From contig CM000430.1 in the NCBI GenBank assembly GCA_000165345.1, positions 480,001 through 544,000 on the forward strand: a DNA stretch of 64,000 nt, given 5' to 3'. The position numbers were made by a program, and so were the translations under genes. Positions 51,801 to 62,577 of the stretch are shown here, piece after piece. Under the pieces are notes generated by a model. The model was not told the DNA's origin, did not search any database, and saw only the letters and a program-made list of their open reading frames with translations. The stretch's first letter is position 1. Each line of letters begins with the position of its first letter.

Positions 51801-54800
51801 ATCCTACAGCTACCAATTGATGACAGTAATTCTGGGTTGAAGAAACTATCTTTACTAATTCCAAGGCCTTCGCTCATTTCGAATTCAATGCTTTTTAAAT
51901 AATTACTTGAGAAATAGTTATTCAAAAATGGAGGACAGTTTTCTAAAGAATTATATGGTATAGAATATGGAATAACGTGCTCAATAATAGATGATACTGG
52001 AACTTTTGATTTAGTTAATGCTCCAGGAAAATTGATTAGTTTGCTGGGAATATATGTTGTAGATAACTCCCCCATTTCAGAGGCTTGTTCCTTTGTGCTA
52101 GTTTCTATTGATGTAATAATATCAAAAGTAGAATATCCAAATAAATCAGGCAAATTGTTTCCTAGCCCTAATCTACTTAATTCGAGAGTTACGTTCAATA
52201 AAACTGTTACTCCAGCTACTCCATTTATTTGAGGAAGTTCATCTTGTTGATTTAGCGGTCTCCAAAATGATTGTTTTGTTGGAAGAACTGTTCTTTGAAT
52301 AATATTCGGCTTTACATAATATGTTAAATTTATGTTTTGTCCTAGTCTTGAAAAAGAGTAATCCATATATTGAAGTTCATTTTCAAATTTCGTACAAAAT
52401 TCTAAGCTTGAGTATGCAGAGTTTGGAATTATACATTTGAAATTCAGAGATAAGCTTTCATCTGGAACAAAATCAGGAATGTTTTTTAGCTGAATAATAA
52501 TTGGAAGGAAGTCATTACAATAGGTGGATAATTTAGGATTTGAAATTAACATATATGGTTGAAGTATATTGGGCCTAGATTTAGAAAATAATGGCTTAAG
52601 GTCTTTATCTGATAAAGTTGGGATATATGGAATTGGCTTTCCTTTTAAGCCGTAATATGTAATTGCAGAACAACCACACTTGAACTCAATTGTTTGGTTT
52701 GTGAAATGTTTAACCCTCTCTGTAGTGCATAGTTCATCTGAAAGTTCGGATTGATCTTGTTTCATTGCTGTACATTTTACTTCTGAATAATCCAGTTCTT
52801 CTTTATATTCTGCAAAGAAAGAAAGTTCAACATTATTTTCTAAATTCCAAATTTCATATTCCAAAGTGCATAATACGAAAGAAGTAAATGCCAGAGGAAA
52901 TTCTTCAATGTTTTCTAGGCTTTTTGTCACCAAGTAGTTACTAAGGTATCCGCCTGTTCTTATCACAGTTATTGTGTTAAAACTTTTCGCACAAAAATTA
53001 AAACCTTCAATTGCCAAGTTATTTTCATATAGTTTTTTGTTAACTCTGTAGTAAACTCCGTTATGGAATAGTATATCTTCGGGTTTGATACTTTTCATGT
53101 CAATTTTTGGGAAAGATATCCCACCTACTTTGACGCCTTTGTTCATATCGACTTGATTAAAGGTACTACTAAATACAATATTACCAGTCTTTTCAGTAAT
53201 TATGGAGTAGGTATCTTGAACTCCATGAGTATAGCTCTTTCTAGAAGCTACACCTTGGTAAATACTTAACAAAATTTTCAAATTTTCAGGGGATAACTCT
53301 GGAAGTGGGTTTGTAGCACCAATTAGATCTGTAGAATTTAAAACAAGGTTATCAAGTCCGTTAACTAAAAAGCACTCAACCAAAGTGTATATCCTTTGTA
53401 TTGAATTGAATGGTAGTGAAGTTTTAATATCAAGCCTTTCTCTATAGTAATGCTTGCTCAAGATTCTGTTTATTACAGCTAATGTTGTTGGTTGTGCAAA
53501 CGGATAGTCTTGGTTGAAAGATATATTATGTGAATCTATTGCAGTTTCATATATTAGCTGAAAATATTTTCCCCATACAAGTTCAAAAGTGGCTGGAAGA
53601 GAAAAAATGGCATTAACAAGGCTCATTGTATCGACATAAGAAAGATAAGAAATTGGATTTGTAACAACAGCTATTGCATCTTCTATTTGCGATTCAGAAA
53701 TGTCTGGTGATGTGGTCACAACTGTGTAGTTGCAAAGATTATAATCAAAAGGGTTATTTTCGACGAATTTGGGTAAACACCATTCGGCATAAGGACTTCT
53801 ACTCATATCTCCTTCACATTCCACAAAACAGCCCTGATCCCACTTATCCGCAGTTCTAGTAAATACGTACCATTTTGAATGGGTAGGGGGCAACCTAAGA
53901 CCAAATCTATTATGCTGGCCAGACAATACCATTTCAAAAATCTGGCTATCTGGGCTAAATACAGGTTTATTCAAAGCGATAGCAGAAAATAAAAATGGTG
54001 TTATTGTGAAGTTGTAATGATGGGTTACATTCACAGGGGTGTATAACGCATCAGATATTGATGTTTTACCAGGATGTGGTTCCAGAATATTCGAACTCTT
54101 AGCTAGAAATCCATTATTTACAAAGATCCATTGCGCATATTCATGCATACCTTCATCTGACCTATATACTCTGGGGTTTAGTTTCTCATATTCGTTCAAA
54201 CTTACAGCTTTTAATAGTTCAATGTTATTCTTCTCTACAATATCATTCACAAATATGAATGCCCTTAATACACAGTAAGTTGGACTTCCATAAAACTTAG
54301 ATAATACAAATGGAGGAATTTTCACAGATCCCCCAACTTTTCCACCAGAAATAAGCACATCTCCAAGCAATACACTTTCTGGCATTACTATCAAATCAAT
54401 ATTCTCAATTTCAGGGCACATTAGCCAAGATCGCAGTTTTAGTTGGGAGTTTTCAGTCCAAGTGTTATCGGGATAAACATCCATATAAAACTGATAAGAA
54501 AAGTTTCTGCTCATAAAAATCCCTGGGAGGATTCCTCCTGCATATGGGTCTGTATATGGTGTGATTTGGGTTAGTTGAATGGGCTGATAAATATCGGTGA
54601 CGATTGTGTAATAGTGCTGGAAATAATAATAAGTATTCATTGGAGAGCAACATGTATCATTTGAAAGAGTATTGTATATGAACATAGTATTGGTGTGATA
54701 TTCTCCTGCTTTAAACGTAAACTCTGTTGTATTCAATCCAACAGGAATCCATCTATCTGGAACAGATTTTAAGCATGATTGGAACCCACTGGCAATTTGA

Positions 54801-56689
54801 GCAGGAATATCTTCTTCAAAATTACCATAATAAAATTTTAGTGCAATCATTCTTGAATTAGGGATTACTGTTAAATTTGAAGCACAGAATTCTGTAAAAT
54901 TCATTTGATCAATGATTTCTGTCTTCCAGGGAATCACCCTAGGGTTTGAGCAAATCCAACAACCATTTGGTTCCGAGCAATGGCCAAATCTATCTTGCAT
55001 ATATTGAAAATTAAAATTAAAGAAAGGGTCTCCTGCTTTTAGATCTCTGCCAGAGTATTGTACAAAAGGAACGTTAAGCCTTGGAGAAGGAGATGTTAGT
55101 TGTAATCCAGGGGTTGCCCCAAATATGTGAAATGATGGATATGCCCCCAAAAATTCAACATTTGAATTGAAATCAAAAATTGAAGATGAATCTGAAGAAC
55201 TTTGTACGCCGTATTGAAGTATTGACGTAATCATAGTTTGCATATTACTAACACCATATTGAAGAAATTCCAGTGGGGGAGGATAAAATGCAGTCTTATA
55301 TACATCTGAAATGCTTGCAGATTGAGTTGAACAGATTGTATTTGCGAATCCCGAGTTTGTTGAGCTCGGAACAAGTGGGAAGGTTCCATTAAAATAACAA
55401 CCGCCATAGTAGTTACCTGTTTCTATCCATTGCGAATTTGGAGATCCAACAGGAAAACCCTGCTCATACCAATTTGCGCCAAATGGGATCTTATTCCAGT
55501 AAGATTGGACAGCTACAGTATTTCTAAATATTTTTGATGAGTCTTTGTTAAACAAAGATTCAAGATTCCTAGGATAATTTTTGATGGAACCATCTGGTTC
55601 TTCATTGGTTGGATAGTAAAAGTCATAGTTACTTGTGCAAACGATTTCGGAGCCAGGTATTCTAGAAGGAGGCACTATTCTTACAAAGGGGCTCGTAATT
55701 GGGATATTTATATTGCCCCAGGCAACAAATCCAGCATGCTTACCTGGCTCTGTATATGTAGTATACAAAACGCCATTTGAAAACTTATCATTAGGAACTA
55801 ACATGGGGAAAAACCCTCCGAATCCAGCGGGGGGCGTCCAGAAAGATGACAATCCTGAGCTCTGCTTTGAAAATTCATAGCTTAGGGTGATATTTGCAGA
55901 GAATTCAATTACAGGAATGTCGGTTCCATGAGAATTTGTGCCAGGAACAACTTCAGAATAATCTACACTAATTTTAAATGGGAATGATGTTGCCTTAAAT
56001 AAATATGTAGAAATTCCAACTTTATCCATAACGTCTTCTCCAAATATTGTGGGATCAAACTGGTACTTAACATCCCTATCCATTATTTGGGGAATCTTAT
56101 CTGGAAGTTGTTCATTAAATTCTTTAACAATATTCACGAGTTTCGATCCTTCTAACCAAATTGTAATATTGTTTGCTCCATTAAATATTGTATACGTAGT
56201 TTCACTTTCCATCAGAGCTTGTGCAATATCAGTACAAGCCTTGACAACTTTTACTGTATCTACACCTAATTGGAACTTCTGTAAGCTTTTTTGTAATGAA
56301 ACTGAATCACAAATAATATTTTTAATTGGAGTCATGCCACTTTTTGGATAAGACCCAATAAACTGTATTGTTATTGGATGCATAAATTGGCATGGGCTTA
56401 CAAAATTGGTTACTTGACTATCTATAGAAAGAAAGTTACCTACTCCCGGCCCAATGAATAGAGATGCCAAATTAAATCCGATAGGGTAGTAGTAAACTCT
56501 GTCAGGCGGACCGTTCATATCTATGTTTGCATTGGCCATACCAAACATAAATATTTTAAAGCTTACGAATGAAAGCAGAAGTAAAATGAACTGCAAACAC
56601 TTTAGTCGTCTTATCTTCATCTTAAAAAACGAGGGCATCAAAAAGAATCCTATATTGTCCATATTACTGGAATTATTCTCCAAAATCAC
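48824..56689 (-). CDS. giant secreted Cys-containing orphan protein (2621 aa)
   Basis: Uninterrupted 7.9-kb ORF. Probable signal peptide at the internal Met (MKIRRLKCLQFILLLLSFVSFKIFMFGMANA; ATG at about 56620). More than 70 Cys residues and many N-glycosylation sequons. No recognised domain. Confidence 0.8.
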   Translation of the reverse strand: MILENNSSNMDNIGFFLMPSFFKMKIRRLKCLQFILLLLSFVSFKIFMFGMANANIDMNGPPDRVYYYPIGFNLASLFIGPGVGNFLSIDSQVTNFVSPCQFMHPITIQFIGSYPKSGMTPIKNIICDSVSLQKSLQKFQLGVDTVKVVKACTDIAQALMESETTYTIFNGANNITIWLEGSKLVNIVKEFNEQLPDKIPQIMDRDVKYQFDPTIFGEDVMDKVGISTYLFKATSFPFKISVDYSEVVPGTNSHGTDIPVIEFSANITLSYEFSKQSSGLSSFWTPPAGFGGFFPMLVPNDKFSNGVLYTTYTEPGKHAGFVAWGNINIPITSPFVRIVPPSRIPGSEIVCTSNYDFYYPTNEEPDGSIKNYPRNLESLFNKDSSKIFRNTVAVQSYWNKIPFGANWYEQGFPVGSPNSQWIETGNYYGGCYFNGTFPLVPSSTNSGFANTICSTQSASISDVYKTAFYPPPLEFLQYGVSNMQTMITSILQYGVQSSSDSSSIFDFNSNVEFLGAYPSFHIFGATPGLQLTSPSPRLNVPFVQYSGRDLKAGDPFFNFNFQYMQDRFGHCSEPNGCWICSNPRVIPWKTEIIDQMNFTEFCASNLTVIPNSRMIALKFYYGNFEEDIPAQIASGFQSCLKSVPDRWIPVGLNTTEFTFKAGEYHTNTMFIYNTLSNDTCCSPMNTYYYFQHYYTIVTDIYQPIQLTQITPYTDPYAGGILPGIFMSRNFSYQFYMDVYPDNTWTENSQLKLRSWLMCPEIENIDLIVMPESVLLGDVLISGGKVGGSVKIPPFVLSKFYGSPTYCVLRAFIFVNDIVEKNNIELLKAVSLNEYEKLNPRVYRSDEGMHEYAQWIFVNNGFLAKSSNILEPHPGKTSISDALYTPVNVTHHYNFTITPFLFSAIALNKPVFSPDSQIFEMVLSGQHNRFGLRLPPTHSKWYVFTRTADKWDQGCFVECEGDMSRSPYAEWCLPKFVENNPFDYNLCNYTVVTTSPDISESQIEDAIAVVTNPISYLSYVDTMSLVNAIFSLPATFELVWGKYFQLIYETAIDSHNISFNQDYPFAQPTTLAVINRILSKHYYRERLDIKTSLPFNSIQRIYTLVECFLVNGLDNLVLNSTDLIGATNPLPELSPENLKILLSIYQGVASRKSYTHGVQDTYSIITEKTGNIVFSSTFNQVDMNKGVKVGGISFPKIDMKSIKPEDILFHNGVYYRVNKKLYENNLAIEGFNFCAKSFNTITVIRTGGYLSNYLVTKSLENIEEFPLAFTSFVLCTLEYEIWNLENNVELSFFAEYKEELDYSEVKCTAMKQDQSELSDELCTTERVKHFTNQTIEFKCGCSAITYYGLKGKPIPYIPTLSDKDLKPLFSKSRPNILQPYMLISNPKLSTYCNDFLPIIIQLKNIPDFVPDESLSLNFKCIIPNSAYSSLEFCTKFENELQYMDYSFSRLGQNINLTYYVKPNIIQRTVLPTKQSFWRPLNQQDELPQINGVAGVTVLLNVTLELSRLGLGNNLPDLFGYSTFDIITSIETSTKEQASEMGELSTTYIPSKLINFPGALTKSKVPVSSIIEHVIPYSIPYNSLENCPPFLNNYFSSNYLKSIEFEMSEGLGISKDSFFNPELLSSIGSCRISITNEEYIKGGSFDCIKSTSRKNLDINILEQPISMINVTKVSTKNSFASSKDKVIFHNETIQPSINAYFSSIVSKNHPKITIETGTSKTIDQIVSQSGYCDSIKTGCSSCRASRSYQADFQFQDQEIRYYCSATSDENQIEDLTTGLLAACRTDGSYWGQACSFQQSNATLSGNATHTELSLIPQESLTHMVIAVGIKSKIIDAIECKHFYLSMVNKELPLQIIPHKIPSIISKASESLLLAKIKFIGGNEWDNVQGLKFLSFAYFENTGYVQLKTTPSVYNLKDQAIQNDLIAVSIKLNITETDVNPRDGRLSVILLVIKQNSNEIINQNKLNIIVKRSNIHNLASSGDYVSYVWEDLFFEHDFSLIKIKGTTENKGPREIIPINFKISNLAGMSNWKYSILATVSENGLDNEQNNKFKSNALLLSFLTSNIPQYLRLPTNYESWKIHLIIHNQDNELLCGIDCSEFSNDAIDKHLRNMFCVKNSSSKCNYFVFQKSKKILEVGQAFLKEDELKEEYSNLLEYFLNYQKIGTLNDRLMIASILSAKLDFLTIDQIKKFQEKLIEIDPNNKDTTGGNSAMILYIFWRLFEFSYMNFDKTLPDHSFDPERLFRIALKAECGYFEGFKNLIVDILDFLVELRLLNNIEADTNLFGAFSVNQWAMNNDFGSQIEIKGKMTKLSIQSSIFSNLDLHSGAAIGNELVIPTLDLSNEKLENIDISLIKNIYFKLHHENVDYQEFWGRNLFVNCHDPRYGLTIIKPPLYNYLFELANKIQQDKSFNGVFQKVYDVFISKCGYEYRLYGIENKISFIVSPEYTPSVVLGKRLSYQCTYKGKDGSWYQNGCETKFKQGKIVCSCNSIGEYGLITTYQSSLTEVVVKLSHNPGSIQEVNINGIIYKVNNGKFYYNNQVFDIISNEIITIYPDRVTVGKRQFPLKNYSNYDVVTQLTLRQEGVLGTISLRSKEYNVDIEGSSIVHDGFNQGNYSQNSTIIII

Positions 56690-57131
56690 CAGTATTTTAC
56701 CCCTCTATCAAGAAAGAATACCTTTAATCTCCACCACACATTTTTACACAATTATGCTACTTGACACAATAGCTGATTTTAAATAACTAAGGAAAGTTAT
56801 GGAGCCATATTAATCAATGTAAAATATGTTTGGCTAAAAAAAAATAATATGTTTATTACAATTTGAGGTGCAATATCACAATTACAATAAATTGAAGGTA
56901 AATAAAAGTTAAAATACAATAGTTTTTATAGGAACAGTGTTTCGTTATCATTATTGAAATAAGCAATGGGAATTTTTGTTATTTGTAAAAATTACGCATA
57001 TGTTTATTCTAACCTGATTTCTAAAATTATTAAGTAAAGGTAAACAATTATTTTGTTCTATAAAGAAAAATTTGATTTATGTTGCGCCAAAATAATTTTT
57101 TATAAACGGTTGTTTTAAAAATCGATATGAA

Positions 57132-58931
57132 ATGAAACATTTTTTTTCAATTAATAGGATATTTCCAAATATATCTATTGAACTAAAGTTCAGTTTAAAT
57201 CATATCTTTGATTTTATACAAGATAAACATACTCACTACAGAATATTAAATGCTATTTATATTTTAAGTATTGATCTTAAAGATGATAATACATTGGATC
57301 CCGGAGCAGTAATAAACAATTTTATTAAATTGATTGGAAGGTTATTGGAATTGGAAAAATATGAAAATCATGATGAGCTTGATTTAAATATTAGTTTAGT
57401 TGAAATATTTTTAGATACATTCTTTCTTATTAAGTTTCCAAAGAATTGCAACTTAATTGAATTAATTAATTCAAAAATGAACGAACTAAGGGTATATAAT
57501 TTTTGGATTTTAGGACAATTGATTAACGAACTCTATAGAAACTCTAGAGAAAGCAATTATAAATTTCAAGAATCAATTTTAACTGAAAATAGAAATATTG
57601 AGAACAACTCAGATGAAAAGAAAGATATAATTATCGAATGGGATACTTTAAATGCTAAGTTTGAAAGTATTGTTAAAGATTTTGAAGACATTGACCAAAT
57701 ATTCGAATATAAAGATTCTATAAAAATAGGCATTCCTTCATATTTGGATTTTGATTACGACTTAAACAATAGCAAAAGAATAAATTTCTTTTATTTGGAT
57801 GAAGGTGAAGTGGATGTGGTATATAGAATAGCAGCTTTTTCAATTAGCTTAAGAAACCAGATATTGGAAAATTTATTTAAATCATTGAAAAATTTTCAAA
57901 ACAAGTATCAATGTAACTCTTTGTCAATTTTAATATGCAGATTAATTATTTACAGGCATACCGAATTTGAAAATAACATAATTGAAATACTAAACCAATT
58001 GATTGAAAACTCGAGATCTGAAATTCTTGTAGCTTCTTTATTCGAATGTTCTTTATTAATTAAAGACAAAGAGTTATGCGATATTTTTGACTTTTATAGT
58101 GAACTAGAAAATTCCTGTGATTTTTTGGATGTGGTCATAACGATCAACAACCTTATTAGACTTCATATGGAAAGCTATTCATCTTCTTTAAGTAAATTTT
58201 TACCCTGGATAAAAACAAAAAGGAATGATCAGATACTGAAGTTAGATAAAAAACTTATAAATATGAGTTTTTCAGATACATTCGAAATGGTAAATTTTTA
58301 TCTAGACCGCTTCAAAAGCGAATTTAATTTAATTTCAAAAAACCTTGATATTTTGATATCTATTATCAGAGAAAACATTGATGAGTATTGCTACGACTAT
58401 ACTGAGTTAGTTATAAATGAAATAAAAGGTTTAATTTTCTCAACTCCAATTTTTGACAGAAATGACCTTTTGGAAATTCTTTGTAAATTTTTTTCAATGA
58501 ACTCTGACGCGTATTTAGGTTCTACTTCATATACTAATTATGATTTTGCAAGTAAAAAGCCAGTTGAAGAAACTAAATATTGCTCAAATAATGAATCGTC
58601 AGTTGCCTCTGCCTTATATAGTACCAAACTCTCTCGGAACAATTATTCTAAATCATTACTTTGCAATCTTTGGTTCCGTTCAATAAAAATAATACAAGAA
58701 ATTCAAAATTACAATTTTCAGAAGGAATTGTTAATTGTATTAAAGACTATATCAAAAAGACAACAATTTATTTTTTGGTGGTATATTACTTCTAATAATG
58801 CTCACTACAATTTTGAATTTGTTTCCAAATTATTTACGGAAAGAAGAAGAATAGGTACATTACAGTGCTATTTAACCTGCATGGAGATCGAGTTTAAGAG
58901 TGCATTTATTAACAATGCTCTAAAAGCTTGA
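57132..58931 (+). CDS. hypothetical protein (599 aa), Leu/Ile/Asn-rich helical
   Basis: Long ATG-initiated ORF with coding-like composition, divergent from the giant minus-strand gene. No recognised domain. Confidence 0.6.
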   Translation: MKHFFSINRIFPNISIELKFSLNHIFDFIQDKHTHYRILNAIYILSIDLKDDNTLDPGAVINNFIKLIGRLLELEKYENHDELDLNISLVEIFLDTFFLIKFPKNCNLIELINSKMNELRVYNFWILGQLINELYRNSRESNYKFQESILTENRNIENNSDEKKDIIIEWDTLNAKFESIVKDFEDIDQIFEYKDSIKIGIPSYLDFDYDLNNSKRINFFYLDEGEVDVVYRIAAFSISLRNQILENLFKSLKNFQNKYQCNSLSILICRLIIYRHTEFENNIIEILNQLIENSRSEILVASLFECSLLIKDKELCDIFDFYSELENSCDFLDVVITINNLIRLHMESYSSSLSKFLPWIKTKRNDQILKLDKKLINMSFSDTFEMVNFYLDRFKSEFNLISKNLDILISIIRENIDEYCYDYTELVINEIKGLIFSTPIFDRNDLLEILCKFFSMNSDAYLGSTSYTNYDFASKKPVEETKYCSNNESSVASALYSTKLSRNNYSKSLLCNLWFRSIKIIQEIQNYNFQKELLIVLKTISKRQQFIFWWYITSNNAHYNFEFVSKLFTERRRIGTLQCYLTCMEIEFKSAFINNALKA

Positions 58932-59186
58932 TCTAAAGTAGATATGTATAATAAGCCGTTAAACATTGAAATTAAAGTTTGCATATGCTTGCGGAATATA
59001 TATTAATTCTTCGAGTTTATATTTGCATTACAAAAAATTAAGAAAGTTGTTAGCTATTTTCAGTATTCCGGACTTAAATTCTGATTTATTAATAAATAAC
59101 TTCAATTTATTTTGAAATAATAGCGTTTGCTGCATTGCTTGATTATTCATCTTAATCAACATACAGGTTTTCAGCCAGTCTCCCTT

Positions 59187-59194
59187 TGCATGCA
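59187..59194. promoter_or_regulatory. TGCATGCA box abutting the start codon of the 59194 gene
   Basis: CTTTGCATGCATGGCGC. Full 8-mer palindrome. Confidence 0.4.
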
Positions 59195-61164
59195 TGGCGC
59201 TAAACATATTTTATTATTTTAGTAAAATTATGAATACCCTTTATACATCGAAATTCATATTTTTTGGAGTTTTCACAGTTCTTTGCTCTTGGTTCCCATT
59301 TACATCATTACTTGCTGCTCCTGGAGTTTGTTCTAGCAGCTTTGAAGGGCTGATTAAGCAGACAAATGGGGGCATAAATTTAATATTAGTATGCGCAGTA
59401 ATCTTAATTGGACTTTATTTATTTTTTTCTGGTGTTGGATTGATTAATTTGTCAGGCTGTCTGTTGAGATTAGGAATGCCATCAGACTATCCAAACGCTG
59501 TAATGAGGGCATTTATGTACTCACAGTTCAGGAGCGATTCAAATTATTCAAAGTCTGAAATTAGAGAGGCAAATGTACATCTTACTGTAAATTCAATATA
59601 TAGCAGCAGTAATGCGAATAGGAGTGTTGAATCAAAGCAAAATACTGATGGATATTATAATAATCACATTTTGACGTTAGACGGTGAGTTTAAAAAGAGG
59701 TTAAAGAGAGCAATGCAAACTGCTAAAGCAAGATTAATCTTAGCAATTGTAAGTGTAATGGTAGTGATATGCGTTTCTTATGCTTCATTTGCTGTCTTTG
59801 AAGGGTCTCAAATTTTTTTGGAACCAAATAGCATAATATTGAATCATAATGGAGTTGATTTGTTAGGACCTGAATCAAAATTTGGAAATACATGTTTACT
59901 TTTAATAATTACAGCAATTTCAATAGTCATTCTGAACATGAATAAGTGCGGCTCATTTATTTTGTGTATTGTTTCTTGCATACATTTTTTTGGATTATTA
60001 CTTTTCTTCACTCTTTATTTTATAAACTTTCCTAATGAAGCTGGCCTATCTTTCATTAGTTTTGAAAGCGAAAGCATTCAATTTGATTGGGATGTACATA
60101 TCTGGGGCTTTGTTGGAGGAATTTTGGAGATGGGAGCCTTTGTGATTTCTGCTGTGTCATTTCATATAATCTTGCCTGGGGCATTTAAACTCTTTCCCGA
60201 TTATGAAGTAAAGTCTTCAAGAATTTGGAGAATTACAATATCTTTGATTTTGTTTATTTTTTTCTGCGGGATATCAATAATTTTGGGTACAGTCCCTTCA
60301 TTTCCAATTTTACCTTATGGGCTTGAGCCTAGCAGTGAAGGAATTGGTCTGGCATGGAGGATTTTGGAATCAAAAATTAGTTCAAATAGTTTTTTTTCAA
60401 TAAAATTATTAAAGCGTGTTTTTCTTCTGGGTAACTTTATCACTTGGATTCTTTTCGTCTCAGTTGTTATGAAATGCATAGATAATATCGTTAGAAGTAT
60501 TTCAAACCAAGTTGAATGTAATTTTGAGTCGTTCTCTCCAAACAAAAATTCTTTAAGTAAAAGGTATTTTTTAAGATCTGCAAAACAGCAAATTTATGGG
60601 AATGAAACAAATAATACAGGAGGGACATATGAGTATTTATCAAACGACAAAATTGAAGCAAACAGAGTGTTTTTTTGGACAGTATTCAAAAATTTAAAAG
60701 CGTTAGTAAACAGAAATAGAATTCTAGACTTTGCAAGATATTCTGCGAGCTCTGCTTCAGCAATTGGAATAATCTTTTTTGTTCATCACAAGCTAATTTC
60801 TGAGCCATATCTGATTCCTATTTTTAGATCGTTATCTGCCTCAATATTTTCTATTATTGTCCTGATTTTACCCTGTGCAATATTTTGGTTTGTATTTTAT
60901 TCTGAAATGGTTCCACAATCAAGTTCTAATTATCAGATTTTGAATTTAATATTTCTTGGCAGAGTATCCTCAAGAATTGATAGAAGTTATGAGAAACATA
61001 GAGATAAACTTTCCATATACAATGATAATTGCAATTTCTCATGTAATCCCCTCACTTTCGGGTTTTTTTCAATCACTTTTCCAATTATCTTAGGGTGCAC
61101 AATTTTGGTTTATGAGATTTCGAAGTTTGCTTCGTTATGCCTAGGTTTAAGGTTTAACAGTTAG
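59194..61164 (+). CDS. multi-pass integral membrane protein (656 aa; at least 10 predicted TM helices), orphan
   Basis: Alternating long hydrophobic segments across the ORF. The start codon is embedded in a TGCATGCATGGCGC box. Confidence 0.65.
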   Translation: MALNIFYYFSKIMNTLYTSKFIFFGVFTVLCSWFPFTSLLAAPGVCSSSFEGLIKQTNGGINLILVCAVILIGLYLFFSGVGLINLSGCLLRLGMPSDYPNAVMRAFMYSQFRSDSNYSKSEIREANVHLTVNSIYSSSNANRSVESKQNTDGYYNNHILTLDGEFKKRLKRAMQTAKARLILAIVSVMVVICVSYASFAVFEGSQIFLEPNSIILNHNGVDLLGPESKFGNTCLLLIITAISIVILNMNKCGSFILCIVSCIHFFGLLLFFTLYFINFPNEAGLSFISFESESIQFDWDVHIWGFVGGILEMGAFVISAVSFHIILPGAFKLFPDYEVKSSRIWRITISLILFIFFCGISIILGTVPSFPILPYGLEPSSEGIGLAWRILESKISSNSFFSIKLLKRVFLLGNFITWILFVSVVMKCIDNIVRSISNQVECNFESFSPNKNSLSKRYFLRSAKQQIYGNETNNTGGTYEYLSNDKIEANRVFFWTVFKNLKALVNRNRILDFARYSASSASAIGIIFFVHHKLISEPYLIPIFRSLSASIFSIIVLILPCAIFWFVFYSEMVPQSSSNYQILNLIFLGRVSSRIDRSYEKHRDKLSIYNDNCNFSCNPLTFGFFSITFPIILGCTILVYEISKFASLCLGLRFNS

Positions 61165-61557
61165 TTTTAGATATTGCAGAGTCAAAATTATGAATTTGAT
61201 CTATTTTTATTTACTACGGATCGTACAACATGTTCTTTAAAAACAAGTATATAGCTAATTCGCTTTTGTAAGAGTGCTATGGGCGTTTGAATAGACGCTA
61301 TTCGTAGATTATTACAATAAGAGGATGATCAGTTTAACAATTTATTAAGGAGCCAATCAATCACAATATTTTGAGGAAGTTTTTGAATAATTATTGCAGC
61401 ATTGCATTGCTCTAAAAATGGAGTACAGCAATAAAGGGGTGTTGGGCGCCAAAAAAACATGCACCCTTCGAATGTTTTTGCTAATAAAAGAAGAGGCTTT
61501 AGAGAATTAAAGATCATAGCTTCTTAACAGTCAATGCTGAAGTTTTAGTTTGAAAGT

Positions 61558-62115
61558 ATGTATGAATGCACAGACATATGTTCACAGAGGGAAGTAAGAC
61601 TTTCAATCTTCCCAGAAAAATATCCAGAGAAGAGGAAAATTTCTGAGGAAATACAAACTGAAAATATAGAACTTCAAACAGATTGGAGCACGAAATGTTG
61701 TTGTACTTCAAGAGTAAAGTTTTCAGATACGGACATTCAGGAGGATGCCACTATAGAGGGTGAGGGTAACTCAGGGGGACAAATAATCGATGAGATAGCA
61801 AACGTTATTTCAAATTATAGAAGAGATAGTGTCTTGAATACCATCTCAGAATTTGAAAAAAAATTGTTAACAATTGGAATGGCTGAAGAATTAAGCCCAG
61901 AAAACAGTGATACTGAAGGTAGTGAATATGGAGAGTTAAATATAAGAAGGCATTCTGAGCTGGCTTTTAAACCTTTGGTTTTAAGTGCCGTGGAAAATAG
62001 AAGAGCTACAGCTCCTGATAATATGAAAAGAAAAATTATTGATCAACTAAAAATACAAATAAATGAAGATAATACTGAAGAGTTAAGATCTAACCAAATA
62101 CCACCAAATAACTAA
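61558..62115 (+). CDS. hypothetical acidic protein (185 aa)
   Basis: ATG-initiated ORF, Glu/Asp-rich. No domain recognised. Confidence 0.4.
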   Translation: MYECTDICSQREVRLSIFPEKYPEKRKISEEIQTENIELQTDWSTKCCCTSRVKFSDTDIQEDATIEGEGNSGGQIIDEIANVISNYRRDSVLNTISEFEKKLLTIGMAEELSPENSDTEGSEYGELNIRRHSELAFKPLVLSAVENRRATAPDNMKRKIIDQLKIQINEDNTEELRSNQIPPNN

Positions 62116-62577
62116 ATTAAATGTAAATTTTTTAAAATCATTAACTTCGAACAAAAAAAAAATCATCGTGGTATTGATGGAATTTCTTGAAGAATTTTGA
62201 GAACAGTGAGCTCCGGGTATATTTTTTCAGTTGTAATACATCTAAGTGCGTTCAAATAAAAACATAGATTGATTAGGAAACACGAAGAATAGAATATTCC
62301 TTGTTTTTTTTCAAAAATTATTAATTGTGAAATTTGGATTATTTTTGTCTTTGAAAACTCATAAAATATGAACTTAAATAAATAGATTTCTGAGTATTTT
62401 GTCGATTATTTTCGAGATTGGAACTTAGTTTTTAATATTTAAGCGAAATAAATTTTGGCAATAAATAGTATTTAAAGACTATTAAGGTTCAAAGTTTCAT
62501 TTTGGCTATTTACTTTTTATATTTTATGATAGAAAGTAGGTCTAAGGAGTTAATATGGGACATTTTCTTCTTTTTTA

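Noticed and set aside
50478-56786. Multiple 60-100 aa plus-strand ORFs inside the 2621-aa minus-strand gene
   Set aside because: Antisense to a continuous 7.9-kb ORF. No independent support.
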